From Candidatus Omnitrophota bacterium (lineage in GTDB: Bacteria > Omnitrophota > Gorgyraeia > JAGLLT01): a stretch of 64,000 nt of DNA. Position 1 is the stretch's first letter. Every line of letters begins with the position of its first letter. Below, one piece after another: positions 26,401-35,269 of this stretch. Made by a program: the position numbers and the translations under genes. Location of the stretch: the NCBI GenBank assembly GCA_030632085.1, contig DAOVJY010000003.1, positions 23,809-87,808 on the forward strand, given 5' to 3'. The notes under the pieces are model-generated. The model was not told the origin of the DNA and ran no database searches. It worked only from the letters and a program-made list of their open reading frames with translations.

Positions 26401-27018
26401 ATGAAAAATATTTCACGTAAGACAGTTGATAGAGCGCTTATTTATATAAGAACTCTTGATCACTTAATAAAAGAAAAACGTTATCTGGTTTCGTCAAAGG
26501 ATTTGGCCTTGATTACCGGCATTAGTGACGTGCAGATACGCAAGGATATATCCAACTTCGGCAAGGTCGGAAGGCCGAGAATAGGATATAAGACGGCTGA
26601 GCTGAATAAAACCTTAAAAGGTTTTGTTCTGCAGGAGAATGTTGTTCATGTGGCGCTCTTTGGCGTGGGGCATCTGGGTACGGCTATGTTGAGTTATCCG
26701 GCCTTTAATGAAGACAACATCAAATTAGTTGCCGCCTTTGAAAAGGATAAGAGCAAGATAGGCAAAAAGATAAACGGCGTCAAGGTTTATTCTGTAGAGA
26801 CGGCTCCAAAGATTATCAAAAGAACGCACGCCGATTTAGGGATAATTGCCGTTCCCGCCTCTCATAGCCAGGAGGTAGCGGACATTATGGTTTTATCCGG
26901 CCTGAAGGGTATAGTGAACTTCGCGCCAGCATCAATCAGCGTTCCTAAAAGTGTGAGTGTTAAAGATATTGATTTTACAATAGAACTTCTCTCACTCTTT
27001 TGCAATAATTTGCAATAA
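26401..27018 (+). CDS. rex: redox-sensing transcriptional repressor Rex
   Basis: A winged-helix N-terminus is followed by a Rossmann fold with FGVGHLG. It sits immediately upstream of the hydrogenase operon. Confidence 0.8.
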   Translation: MKNISRKTVDRALIYIRTLDHLIKEKRYLVSSKDLALITGISDVQIRKDISNFGKVGRPRIGYKTAELNKTLKGFVLQENVVHVALFGVGHLGTAMLSYPAFNEDNIKLVAAFEKDKSKIGKKINGVKVYSVETAPKIIKRTHADLGIIAVPASHSQEVADIMVLSGLKGIVNFAPASISVPKSVSVKDIDFTIELLSLFCNNLQ

Positions 27019-27059
27019 TTAAATATAGTATAATGATATATAAAAACAATTAATAGGAG

Positions 27060-27545
27060 ATGGTTATGGTAAATGAGTGCGCGGTTCCAAAAAAAATTAT
27101 TAAGGGCGGTAAAGAAGTGATGGTTTGTGATGAAACCCGCTCAAGGCTTCTTCCTGTGCTGCAGGACATTCAGGATAAAAAGGGGTACATATCGGATAAG
27201 AATATGCAGGAAGTAGCAGATATGTTTGGCATTCATCCGGTTGAAGTCTTTTCTGTAATTACCTTTTATTCCTTTTTATCAGAGAAGAAAAAAGGTAAGC
27301 ATATCATTAGGGTGAGTAATTGCGTTTCAAACGTGATGGCAGGCAGTGAGAAGATTGTCAAGGAGTTTGAAAAGGTACTTATGATCGAAATCGGCCAGAC
27401 AACCAAAGACGGCGAGTTTACTCTTGAGAGAACCAGTTGTATTGGTATGTGTAATGAGGCGCCGGCTATTATGGTTGATGATAAATTGATAGGGAAAGTA
27501 ACCCCTCAAAGGGTAAAAAAAATAATCCAGGAGCAGAAGCAATGA
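27060..27545 (+). CDS. NuoE/HndA-like thioredoxin-fold hydrogenase subunit (HydC-like), apparently lacking the full Cys4 set
   Basis: TTKDGEFTLERTSCIGMCNEAP matches the C-terminal CxxxC half of NuoE. The N-terminal CxxxxC pair is degenerate (NCVSNVMAG). Confidence 0.65.
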   Translation: MVMVNECAVPKKIIKGGKEVMVCDETRSRLLPVLQDIQDKKGYISDKNMQEVADMFGIHPVEVFSVITFYSFLSEKKKGKHIIRVSNCVSNVMAGSEKIVKEFEKVLMIEIGQTTKDGEFTLERTSCIGMCNEAPAIMVDDKLIGKVTPQRVKKIIQEQKQ

Positions 27546-28777
27546 AAGTAAAAGACAAAAAAACAAAAGAGTTGCCAAAAAGGCAAGGGTTGGTTATTTT
27601 TAGTGAAATTGAAAACGGGGCAGGATTAAAGAAAGCCCTTAAAATAAAAAAAGAGCAGGTTGTTGCCGAGATAAGCGCCTCAAATTTAAAGGGCAGAGGT
27701 GGAGCCGGTTTCCCCGCGGGGCTAAAATGGAAGTTCGCGGCCCAGGAAAAGGATGAGCAAAAATATGTTGTCTGTAACGCGGACGAAGGGGAGCCGGGTA
27801 CTTTTAAGGATAAGGTGCTCCTTTCTGAGTATGCTCCGTTGTTTTTGGAGGGTATGGTTATCGCGGCTTATGCCGTTGGGGCCAAGCAAGGTTTTGTTTA
27901 TTTGCGAGGAGAATATAGATCGTTTGTGCCGGCTTTAGAAAGTGAGCTGAAAGAGATGAAAAAAAACAATCTCCTCGGTGAAAATATCGGCGGTAAAAAG
28001 GGATTTAATTTTGATATAGAAATTCGTTTGGGCGCCGGGGCTTATATCTGCGGCGAGGAAACAGCTTTAATAGAATCTCTTGAAGGAAATCGCGGTGAGC
28101 CGAGAAATAGGCCGCCTTTTCCGGTTAATACCGGTTATAACGGCCATCCAACGATTGTCAATAACGTAGAAACATTCGCGGCAGTAGTTCATATAGCTGC
28201 CAAAGGAGCGGACTGGTTTAAAGTGATAGGAACGGAAAAGTCAGCCGGCACAAAGTTATTGAGTGTCTCCGGTGACTGTAAAAAACCGGGGGTTTATGAG
28301 GCTGCCTACGGTATTTCAATAAAAGAGATACTTAAAATGACTGACGCCAAAGATGTCAAAGCGGTGCAGGTTGGCGGTGCATCGGGAGTTTGTGTACCTA
28401 AAAGTCAGTTTGACCGCACAATTGCTTATGAAGATTTATCTACCGGCGGCTCCATTATCATTTTCGGCCAAAAAAGAAATCTACTTGATGCTGCTGAAAA
28501 CTTTCTTGAGTTTTTTGAGGAGGAGTCCTGCGGGCAGTGTACGCCGTGCAGGGAAGGAATTCCGGTATTAATAGAGGCCGTCAAAATGTTAAAAAAAGGA
28601 GAGTGCGGCAAGGAATACTTAAAAGACATCCTTTCTTTATGTGAGACGATGCAATTAGCTTCAAAGTGCGGCCTGGGACAGTCTTGCCCCAACGCCTTTA
28701 TTTCTATAATAAATAATTTTAAGAAAGATTATGCTTTATCAAAAAACAGTAAACAGGAGAAAACATTCAATGGATAA
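27542..28777 (+). CDS. NuoF-like NAD(H)-binding flavoprotein subunit of the bifurcating hydrogenase (HydB-like)
   Basis: GRGGAGFPAGLKW (NADH/FMN site) and the [4Fe-4S] motif ESCGQCTPCREG. Confidence 0.8.
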   Translation: MKVKDKKTKELPKRQGLVIFSEIENGAGLKKALKIKKEQVVAEISASNLKGRGGAGFPAGLKWKFAAQEKDEQKYVVCNADEGEPGTFKDKVLLSEYAPLFLEGMVIAAYAVGAKQGFVYLRGEYRSFVPALESELKEMKKNNLLGENIGGKKGFNFDIEIRLGAGAYICGEETALIESLEGNRGEPRNRPPFPVNTGYNGHPTIVNNVETFAAVVHIAAKGADWFKVIGTEKSAGTKLLSVSGDCKKPGVYEAAYGISIKEILKMTDAKDVKAVQVGGASGVCVPKSQFDRTIAYEDLSTGGSIIIFGQKRNLLDAAENFLEFFEEESCGQCTPCREGIPVLIEAVKMLKKGECGKEYLKDILSLCETMQLASKCGLGQSCPNAFISIINNFKKDYALSKNSKQEKTFNG

Positions 28778-30668
28778 TAAAAAACCATTCGCGGAGGATA
28801 CGTCCAGAGCTCCCGTAAGCCAGAGAACCCAACCGGTTAGTGAAGCGGACAAGAAGGCTTTGGGCGCGACGGTAAAGATTGTAATTGATGATGTAGAAAT
28901 TACGGTGCCGTTGGGCACGACTATTTTAGACGCGGCTAAAGAGGTTAATATTAAAATTCCTACGCTTTGCCATCATGATGACCTTTGTCTGGCAGGCGTT
29001 TGCCGTATGTGCGTGGTTGAAGTAGAAGGCGAACGAACCCTTCAGGCGGCCTGTTCGTATCCTATATTTCGCCCCATTAAAGTAAAAACTTACTCTCCAG
29101 CTGTAAGGCGAGCAAGGAGAAACATTATTCAGCTTAGTTTAAGAAGGCATTATGGAGAGTGTTACTCTTGCGCCAGAAACAACAACTGCGAACTGCAGAC
29201 GCTGGCCAAGGAGTATGGAGTAACGACATATAAATTCGGCCACGTTAGCGAGCCGCTGTATGAAAAAGATTTCTCGAGTCATTCTCTTGAACGCGATATG
29301 AATAAATGTGTTTTGTGCCGCCGTTGTGTCAGGACATGTATTGACTTGCAGGAAGTTGGTGTACTGGAAGCGGCTTATAGGGGATCCGAGACTAAGATTG
29401 TAACTTATTTAGACAAACCGCTTACGGATGTAATCTGTATTAACTGCGGCCAGTGTATTAACAGATGCCCGACGGGCGCCTTAAAAGCAAAGGATCCTTC
29501 GCAGGCAGTTTGGGATGTGATAGAAGATCCCACTAAACATGTTATTATCCAAACAGCTCCCAGTCCACGCGCGGCTATCGGAGAAGAGTTTGGGCTACCA
29601 GCTGGCACAAGTGTTACAAAAAAATTGAATACCGCTCTTAAAAGAGTAGGATTTGACAAAGTTTTTGATACTAATTTTACGGCTGACCTTACTATAATGG
29701 AAGAGGGCACCGAACTGCTTTTGAGATTAAAGAAGGTTTTGGTAGAAAAGGATAAAAATGTTAAGCTTCCTCAGTTTACTTCGTGTTCTCCCGGTTGGGT
29801 GAAATACATAGAGCACTTTTATCCGGAGAAACTTGGACATGTATCAAGCTGTAAGTCTCCTCAGCAAATGTTTGGGGCTATTGCCAAGACATGGTATGCC
29901 GAGAAAAATAACATTGACGCGAAGAATATCGTCAGTGTTTCTCTTATGCCTTGCTCGGCTAAAAAGTTTGAGTGTGAGCGGCCGGAAATGGACGACTCCG
30001 GATTTAAGGACGTAGATTATGCCCTAACAACGCGTGAGTTGGCGGGGATGATTAAGGAGTGTGGTATTGATCTGCCGAACCTTCCTGATTCAGACTTTGA
30101 TGACCCGCTTGGTATTGGCTCGGGCGCGGCCTTGATATTTGGAGCGACCGGCGGTGTTATGGAGGCGGCCTTAAGAACCGCTTATGAGATAGTAACAGGA
30201 GAAGAAGTTCCTTTTAAAAAATTAAATATTACCCCGGTAAGAGGTATGGATGGTATCAGAACTGCCGAGATTCCAATTAAGAAAGCTGTTAAAGATTGGA
30301 AGTTTTTAGAAGGCGCGACACTTAAGGTGATGATTGGCCACGGTACGGCAAATGCCAAGAAGATAATGGATATGCTTTGCGAAGGCAAACTTGACGGTTA
30401 TCATTTTATTGAGATTATGGCCTGCCCGGGTGGTTGTTTAGGCGGCGGCGGACAGCCTATACCTACGAGTCCTGCCATTAGAGAGGCCAGAGCTAAGGCG
30501 ATTTATAAAGAAGACCAAGGGCTTCCTTATAGAAAATCTCATGATAATCCGATAATAAAGCAGATATATAAAGAGTTCCTTACCGATGGGCCGTGCGGGC
30601 ACAAGAGCCATAAGCTATTGCATACTTCTTATACCGCGCGCGGCAAGTGGATAGGAAAGAAAAAATAA
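28770..30668 (+). CDS. hydA: [FeFe]-hydrogenase catalytic subunit HydA (M3-type), with a variant L1 motif TSCSPGW
   Basis: N-terminal 2Fe-2S ferredoxin, CHHDDL...C...C..RMC, and two CxxCxxCxxxCP clusters. H-cluster motifs are L1 FTSCSPGW, L2 MPCSAKKFE and L3 EIMACPGGCLGGGGQP. The start is taken at ATG 28770, which has a good RBS. The ORF track begins at 28731. Confidence 0.8.
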   Translation: MDNKKPFAEDTSRAPVSQRTQPVSEADKKALGATVKIVIDDVEITVPLGTTILDAAKEVNIKIPTLCHHDDLCLAGVCRMCVVEVEGERTLQAACSYPIFRPIKVKTYSPAVRRARRNIIQLSLRRHYGECYSCARNNNCELQTLAKEYGVTTYKFGHVSEPLYEKDFSSHSLERDMNKCVLCRRCVRTCIDLQEVGVLEAAYRGSETKIVTYLDKPLTDVICINCGQCINRCPTGALKAKDPSQAVWDVIEDPTKHVIIQTAPSPRAAIGEEFGLPAGTSVTKKLNTALKRVGFDKVFDTNFTADLTIMEEGTELLLRLKKVLVEKDKNVKLPQFTSCSPGWVKYIEHFYPEKLGHVSSCKSPQQMFGAIAKTWYAEKNNIDAKNIVSVSLMPCSAKKFECERPEMDDSGFKDVDYALTTRELAGMIKECGIDLPNLPDSDFDDPLGIGSGAALIFGATGGVMEAALRTAYEIVTGEEVPFKKLNITPVRGMDGIRTAEIPIKKAVKDWKFLEGATLKVMIGHGTANAKKIMDMLCEGKLDGYHFIEIMACPGGCLGGGGQPIPTSPAIREARAKAIYKEDQGLPYRKSHDNPIIKQIYKEFLTDGPCGHKSHKLLHTSYTARGKWIGKKK

Positions 30669-30764
30669 GAAACATCGTATAGAAAGTAAATTAAAGCGGA
30701 AAATTAAATTCCTGCGATAAGGGCTTGGGGTTTAAGTTCAAGGGAAGTAAACGGGAACATTATA

Positions 30765-30810
30765 CCCGGCCTTATCGTAAGAAAAATGGATAAGGCCGGG
30801 TTTTTGTTTT
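30765..30810 (+). terminator. intrinsic terminator after hydA
   Basis: CCCGGCCTTATC...GATAAGGCCGGG followed by TTTTTGTTTT. Confidence 0.7.
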
Positions 30811-30845
30811 GGTAATGTCAAAAGTTGTGTGAAAAGAAGCAATAA

Positions 30846-31000
30846 AATAACCAAGGTACAAGAAACAATAACCAAATAATAACCAATGACCAAATTCAAA
30901 TAACCAAACCAAAGCAGAAGCAACTGTTTGATTATTGGATATTGAAATTTGAATATTGTTTGCATCTTGCTTGTGCCCGTAAGAGCATATCTTGGTTATT
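30846..31000. promoter_or_regulatory. array of ATAACCAA repeats (4-5 direct copies plus one inverted TTGGTTAT) upstream of the hyd maturase operon
   Basis: AATAACCAAGG, CAATAACCAAAT, AATAACCAATG and AAATAACCAAACC at 30846-30910. TTGGTTAT at 30993-31000. Confidence 0.4.
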
Positions 31001-31057
31001 GGTGATTTAAACTTAAATAATTTTGACAATACGTTTATTTTATAGGGAGGTAAATAT

Positions 31058-31309
31058 ATGGATAAGCGATTGGGGTTTGTGGGAATAATTTTAGAGAACA
31101 GAAAAGAAAAAGCGCCCTTGGTAAATGAAGTGCTTACGTCATACGGAGATATTATTATTGCCAGGACAGGATTGCCCTATAAAGAAAAGCACTGCAGCGT
31201 AATTACGCTCATAGTTGACGCGACAACTGATGAATTGGGAGCTATAACCGGAAAACTTGGAGCTATAGAAGGCGTCTCCGTTAAAGCAGCCCTAAGCAAA
31301 GGAAAATAA
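31058..31309 (+). CDS. TM1266-like putative iron-only hydrogenase system regulator (small ACT-like protein)
   Basis: The 83-aa sequence GFVGIILENRKEKAPLVNEVLTSYGDIIIARTGLPYKEKHCSVITLIV matches the family found with hydEFG. Confidence 0.65.
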   Translation: MDKRLGFVGIILENRKEKAPLVNEVLTSYGDIIIARTGLPYKEKHCSVITLIVDATTDELGAITGKLGAIEGVSVKAALSKGK

Positions 31310-31310
31310 G

Positions 31311-32564
31311 ATGAAGAAAACGCCCAAATCCTTAAGATTGCAATTGGGTTTATTTGGAAGAACTAATACGGGCAAATCGAGTTTTCTTAATATGGCGGCC
31401 GGGCAGGATGTAGCTATTACGTCAAGCACGCCGGGGACGACTACTGACGTTGTCGAAAAATCTATGGAACTTTTGCCTGTGGGGCCGGTTGTATTTTTGG
31501 ATACCGCGGGAATGGACGATGTTTCAGAGTTAGGCAGTTTGCGTATAAGAAAAAGCCGTAAGATACTTGACAGAGCTGATATTTACATACTAATTGCCGA
31601 GCCGGATATCTGGACTGAGTATGAAGAAACCATATTTAAAGAAGCCGGGATTAGAAAAACTCCGGTTATAGTAGTTGTAAATAAGGTTGATCAGAAGAAA
31701 CCCGGTGAATTATTTTTAAAAAAGATTAAAGAAAAGACAGAGATGGTAATCTTTTGTTCAAGTATTAATCTTGAGCAAAGGGATGATTATATTAATCCCC
31801 TAAAGGAGTATATTATCTCGTGCTGTCCGGATGATTTTATTAATCCGCCGGCTATTATCGGGGATTTAATTCCGCGTAAAGGTATCGCGGTTTTGATTGT
31901 GCCCATTGATAAGGAAGCTCCTAAGGGCAGGATAATACTCCCCCAGGTTCATACTATAAGAGATAATCTTGATAACAATCAGGCATCAGTCGTAGTAAAG
32001 GAAAGTGAATACCCAAAAATACTTGATAAATTTAAGAAGCCGGTTGATATCGTTGTTTGTGATTCTCAAGTAGTTGATTATATGGTTAAACATACGCCGG
32101 AAAATATTAAATGTACAACATTTTCAATGCTCTTTTCGCGTCATAAAGGCGATTTAAAGGCGGCGGTAAGAGCGGTTTCTGTGATAGATAGTTTAAAGGA
32201 TAGAGATAAGATATTAATAGCTGAGGCTTGCAGTCATCATCCGATAGAAGATGATATAGGCAGGGTAAAAATTCCCCGCTGGCTCAAAGAATACACGGGA
32301 GTTGACCTGCAAATAGATACCTGCGCGGGCAGGGATTACCCGGATAATATAAGCGATTACAAGCTGGTTATTCATTGCGGCGGCTGTATGATTACCAGAA
32401 GAGAAATGCTAATGCGCATTCAAAAAGCCAAGGAAGCCGGTGTGGGAATTTCAAATTACGGAGTAGTTATTTCATATTTACATGGAACTTTAGAAAGAGT
32501 GCTGAGTCCATTTAAAGACGCACTTTGGATTTTACAAAAAGGAGCAACAAATGGAATTAAATAA
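31311..32564 (+). CDS. hydF: [FeFe]-hydrogenase maturation GTPase HydF
   Basis: GTPase motifs GRTNTGKSSFLN and DTAGMDD. The C-terminal cluster-binding cysteines are CSHHP and HCGGC. Confidence 0.8.
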   Translation: MKKTPKSLRLQLGLFGRTNTGKSSFLNMAAGQDVAITSSTPGTTTDVVEKSMELLPVGPVVFLDTAGMDDVSELGSLRIRKSRKILDRADIYILIAEPDIWTEYEETIFKEAGIRKTPVIVVVNKVDQKKPGELFLKKIKEKTEMVIFCSSINLEQRDDYINPLKEYIISCCPDDFINPPAIIGDLIPRKGIAVLIVPIDKEAPKGRIILPQVHTIRDNLDNNQASVVVKESEYPKILDKFKKPVDIVVCDSQVVDYMVKHTPENIKCTTFSMLFSRHKGDLKAAVRAVSVIDSLKDRDKILIAEACSHHPIEDDIGRVKIPRWLKEYTGVDLQIDTCAGRDYPDNISDYKLVIHCGGCMITRREMLMRIQKAKEAGVGISNYGVVISYLHGTLERVLSPFKDALWILQKGATNGIK

Positions 32565-34047
32565 TACGGATACTGCCGGTTGGATCAAAAATAGAATTAA
32601 GCAAGACGAGATAGATAAATATCTTAAAAATGGTAAGGATTTTATTAATGATGATTTAATTGAAGCTACAATAAAGTCTAACACGAAACCGGACAAGAAG
32701 ATGGTAGAGGACATCATAAGCAAATCCCTGGCAATTAATGCTCTTAGCCTGGATGAGACAGCTTATCTTTTAAATGTCGAGGATGCTGAACTGTTATCTA
32801 TGATGCAAGAAGCAGCTTTAATAATTAAGAAAAAAGTTTATGATAATAGAATTGTAACCTTTGCCCCTCTATACATGTCTAATATATGTGTCAATAACTG
32901 CCAATATTGCGGTTTTAGATATTCTAATCAAGAAGCCGATAGAAGGGTTTTAACACAACAGGAAGTCAGAATGGAAACTGAAGTCCTGGCCGGTGAAATA
33001 GGACATAAGCGGCTCATTGTGGTTTATGGAGAGCATCCGAATACCGACTATGAGTATATAGCGGATACTCTTAAGACCATATATAGCGTTAAGGTGCCCA
33101 CAAAAAACGGTTTTGGGCAAATAAGAAGAGCTAATGTTAACGCGGCACCTATGTCTATTGAAGCTTTGAGGTATCTGCATAAAGTTGGCATTGGCACTTA
33201 TCAGGCTTTTCAGGAAACCTATCATCATAAAACCTATGAGGCCGTGCATCCGAAAAATACTATTAAGGGAAATTATAAATGGCGTTTATATTGTATGCAT
33301 AGAGCCATGGAAGCCGGGGTTGACGATGTTGGCTTAGGGGCCTTATTCGGGCTCTATGATTGGAAGTTTGAGGTTATGGCCTTGATTGCCCACGCCCATG
33401 AGTTAGAAACTGCTTTTGGTATCGGGCCGCATACTATTTCATTTCCGAGGCTGGAGCCGGCTGAAAATACTCCATTTACTAAAAACAGTAAATATATGGT
33501 TAGTAATAATGATTTCTTAAAATTGATTACTGTTATAAGATTAGCTGTGCCTTACACAGGTATGATTATTACAGCCAGAGAGTCGCGTGAGATGAGGACT
33601 AAATCTCTGAAATTAGGTATAACTCAGACTGATGCTTCAACTAAAATAGGTATCGGGGCTTATGCCGCTCACACTGATGACCAGCAGGGCAATAAACAGC
33701 AATTTTATTTAGGAGACACCAGGAGTTTAGATGAGGTTATAAGAGAGTTTGCTGAATTGGGTTATATCACCTCTTTTTGTACTGCCGGTTATCGTTGCGG
33801 TAGAACCGGTAAATGCATCATGGATTTACTTAGAACGGGAGCTGAAGGTAAATATTGTAAACTTAACGCCGTTTTAACATATAGAGAATGGTTAGACGAT
33901 TTTGCCAGTGAAAAAACAAAAGAGGCGGGAGAGCGAGTAATAGAAAAAGAAATACTAGAGGTTAAAAATACTATGCCCAAGGTATATAATCAATTTATGG
34001 AATATTACAAAAGGATTAAAGGTGGAGAAAGAGACATCTATTTCTAA
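32551..34047 (+). CDS. hydG: [FeFe]-hydrogenase maturase HydG (radical SAM, ThiH-like)
   Basis: Radical SAM motif CVNNCQYCGF. The C-terminal accessory cluster motif is CTAGYRCGRTGKC. Confidence 0.8.
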   Translation: MELNNTDTAGWIKNRIKQDEIDKYLKNGKDFINDDLIEATIKSNTKPDKKMVEDIISKSLAINALSLDETAYLLNVEDAELLSMMQEAALIIKKKVYDNRIVTFAPLYMSNICVNNCQYCGFRYSNQEADRRVLTQQEVRMETEVLAGEIGHKRLIVVYGEHPNTDYEYIADTLKTIYSVKVPTKNGFGQIRRANVNAAPMSIEALRYLHKVGIGTYQAFQETYHHKTYEAVHPKNTIKGNYKWRLYCMHRAMEAGVDDVGLGALFGLYDWKFEVMALIAHAHELETAFGIGPHTISFPRLEPAENTPFTKNSKYMVSNNDFLKLITVIRLAVPYTGMIITARESREMRTKSLKLGITQTDASTKIGIGAYAAHTDDQQGNKQQFYLGDTRSLDEVIREFAELGYITSFCTAGYRCGRTGKCIMDLLRTGAEGKYCKLNAVLTYREWLDDFASEKTKEAGERVIEKEILEVKNTMPKVYNQFMEYYKRIKGGERDIYF

Positions 34048-34297
34048 AGATATAATTATCGTTTTTAATCAAAAAGCCCAAGAGATAAAGGATAAATATT
34101 CTCTTAATTTACAGTTAGTTGAAATTTTCGGCAGTCGGTGGTCTTATGTGGCTGGTTATATAGATAAAAACCGGGTTAATTTGCCGCCGGTTAAACTAAA
34201 GCTAACTGATAAAATCGGGGTGCTTATTTATAACGGCAATCAAACCTCACTTGTTTTAGAGAAGATTCAAAGTACGTTATTAGAAATAGTAAGATGA
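34022..34297 (+). CDS. small hypothetical protein between hydG and hydE (GTG start)
   Basis: ORF of 91 aa with an AAGGATTAAAG RBS. It overlaps the hydG 3' end by 26 nt and its stop overlaps the hydE start. Confidence 0.35.
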   Translation: MEKETSISKDIIIVFNQKAQEIKDKYSLNLQLVEIFGSRWSYVAGYIDKNRVNLPPVKLKLTDKIGVLIYNGNQTSLVLEKIQSTLLEIVR

Positions 34298-35268
34298 ATA
34301 AAAGCCAAATCATTAAATTTCTAAAAACCCAAGATATTAAACCTCTAATTAAAGAAGCCGATAGAATAAGACGCCTTTATTGTCATGATGAAGTTTTAAT
34401 TAGGGGGCTTGTTGAATTTTCAAACTACTGCGTAAGGGGTTGTCTTTATTGCGGCTTGAGAGCGGCAAACCAAAAAGTAAAACGCTACCGAATGCCGATA
34501 AAGGGTATTTTAGCCGCAGCCCGGGTAATTGCCGATGAGGGCATTAAGACTATAGTATTGCAGTCAGGAGATGATTTCTTTTATACCAAAGAGAAAGTAG
34601 TAAAATTAATAAAAGATATTAAAAAGATAAATAAAGGCACGGCGCTAACCTTATCAATTGGAGAAAGGCCCATAGAGGAGTATAAAGCCTTTTTTGATGC
34701 CGGAGCTGACAGATATTTAATAAGGCACGAAACGGCTAACTCTATTCTGTATAAAAAAATTCATCCTAAACAAAGTCTCGAAAAACGTAAAGCTATTTTG
34801 TATAATTTAAAAAAGATTGGCTATCAGATTGGCTGTGGCGGTATAATAGGCTTGCCGGGGCAAACCATAGAAGATTTAGCGGAGGATGTTCTTTTCATAA
34901 AAGATATACAGCCCGATATGGTTGGTATGGGGCCTTTTATTCCCCAGGATGATACACCCTTAGCAGGCAATAAATCCCCGACTGAAAAATTAGTTTTAAA
35001 GATGCTGGCCTTAACTAGAATAGTTACTAAAAACGCGCATATACCGGCAACAACGGCTCTGGCAACCCTTGATCAAAAACAAGGTTACACTCGAGGGCTT
35101 AAAGCCGGTTGCAATGTCATTATGGTTAGCTTTACACCGGATTTATATAAGATTAATTATAAAATTTATAATAACAAGGAATGTACTGATATAAAGAATG
35201 CCAGGGAGGCAATAAAAAAAGCCAAAAGGACAATGTCCTTTGAGCGTGGCGATTCCCTAAAAAAATAG
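34294..35268 (+). CDS. hydE: [FeFe]-hydrogenase maturase HydE (radical SAM, BioB-like)
   Basis: CVRGCLYCGLR radical SAM motif. It sits in the hydF-hydG-hydE context. Confidence 0.75.
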   Translation: MNKSQIIKFLKTQDIKPLIKEADRIRRLYCHDEVLIRGLVEFSNYCVRGCLYCGLRAANQKVKRYRMPIKGILAAARVIADEGIKTIVLQSGDDFFYTKEKVVKLIKDIKKINKGTALTLSIGERPIEEYKAFFDAGADRYLIRHETANSILYKKIHPKQSLEKRKAILYNLKKIGYQIGCGGIIGLPGQTIEDLAEDVLFIKDIQPDMVGMGPFIPQDDTPLAGNKSPTEKLVLKMLALTRIVTKNAHIPATTALATLDQKQGYTRGLKAGCNVIMVSFTPDLYKINYKIYNNKECTDIKNAREAIKKAKRTMSFERGDSLKK

Positions 35269-35269
35269 T

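Noticed and set aside
26995-27018. A tandem TGCAATAATT-TGCAATAATT repeat that looked like a possible Rex operator before the hyd operon.
   Set aside because: It lies inside the last codons of rex (LFCNNLQ-stop) and is not palindromic like the TTGTGAA-N4-TTCACAA Rex boxes. It is treated as a coding-sequence coincidence.
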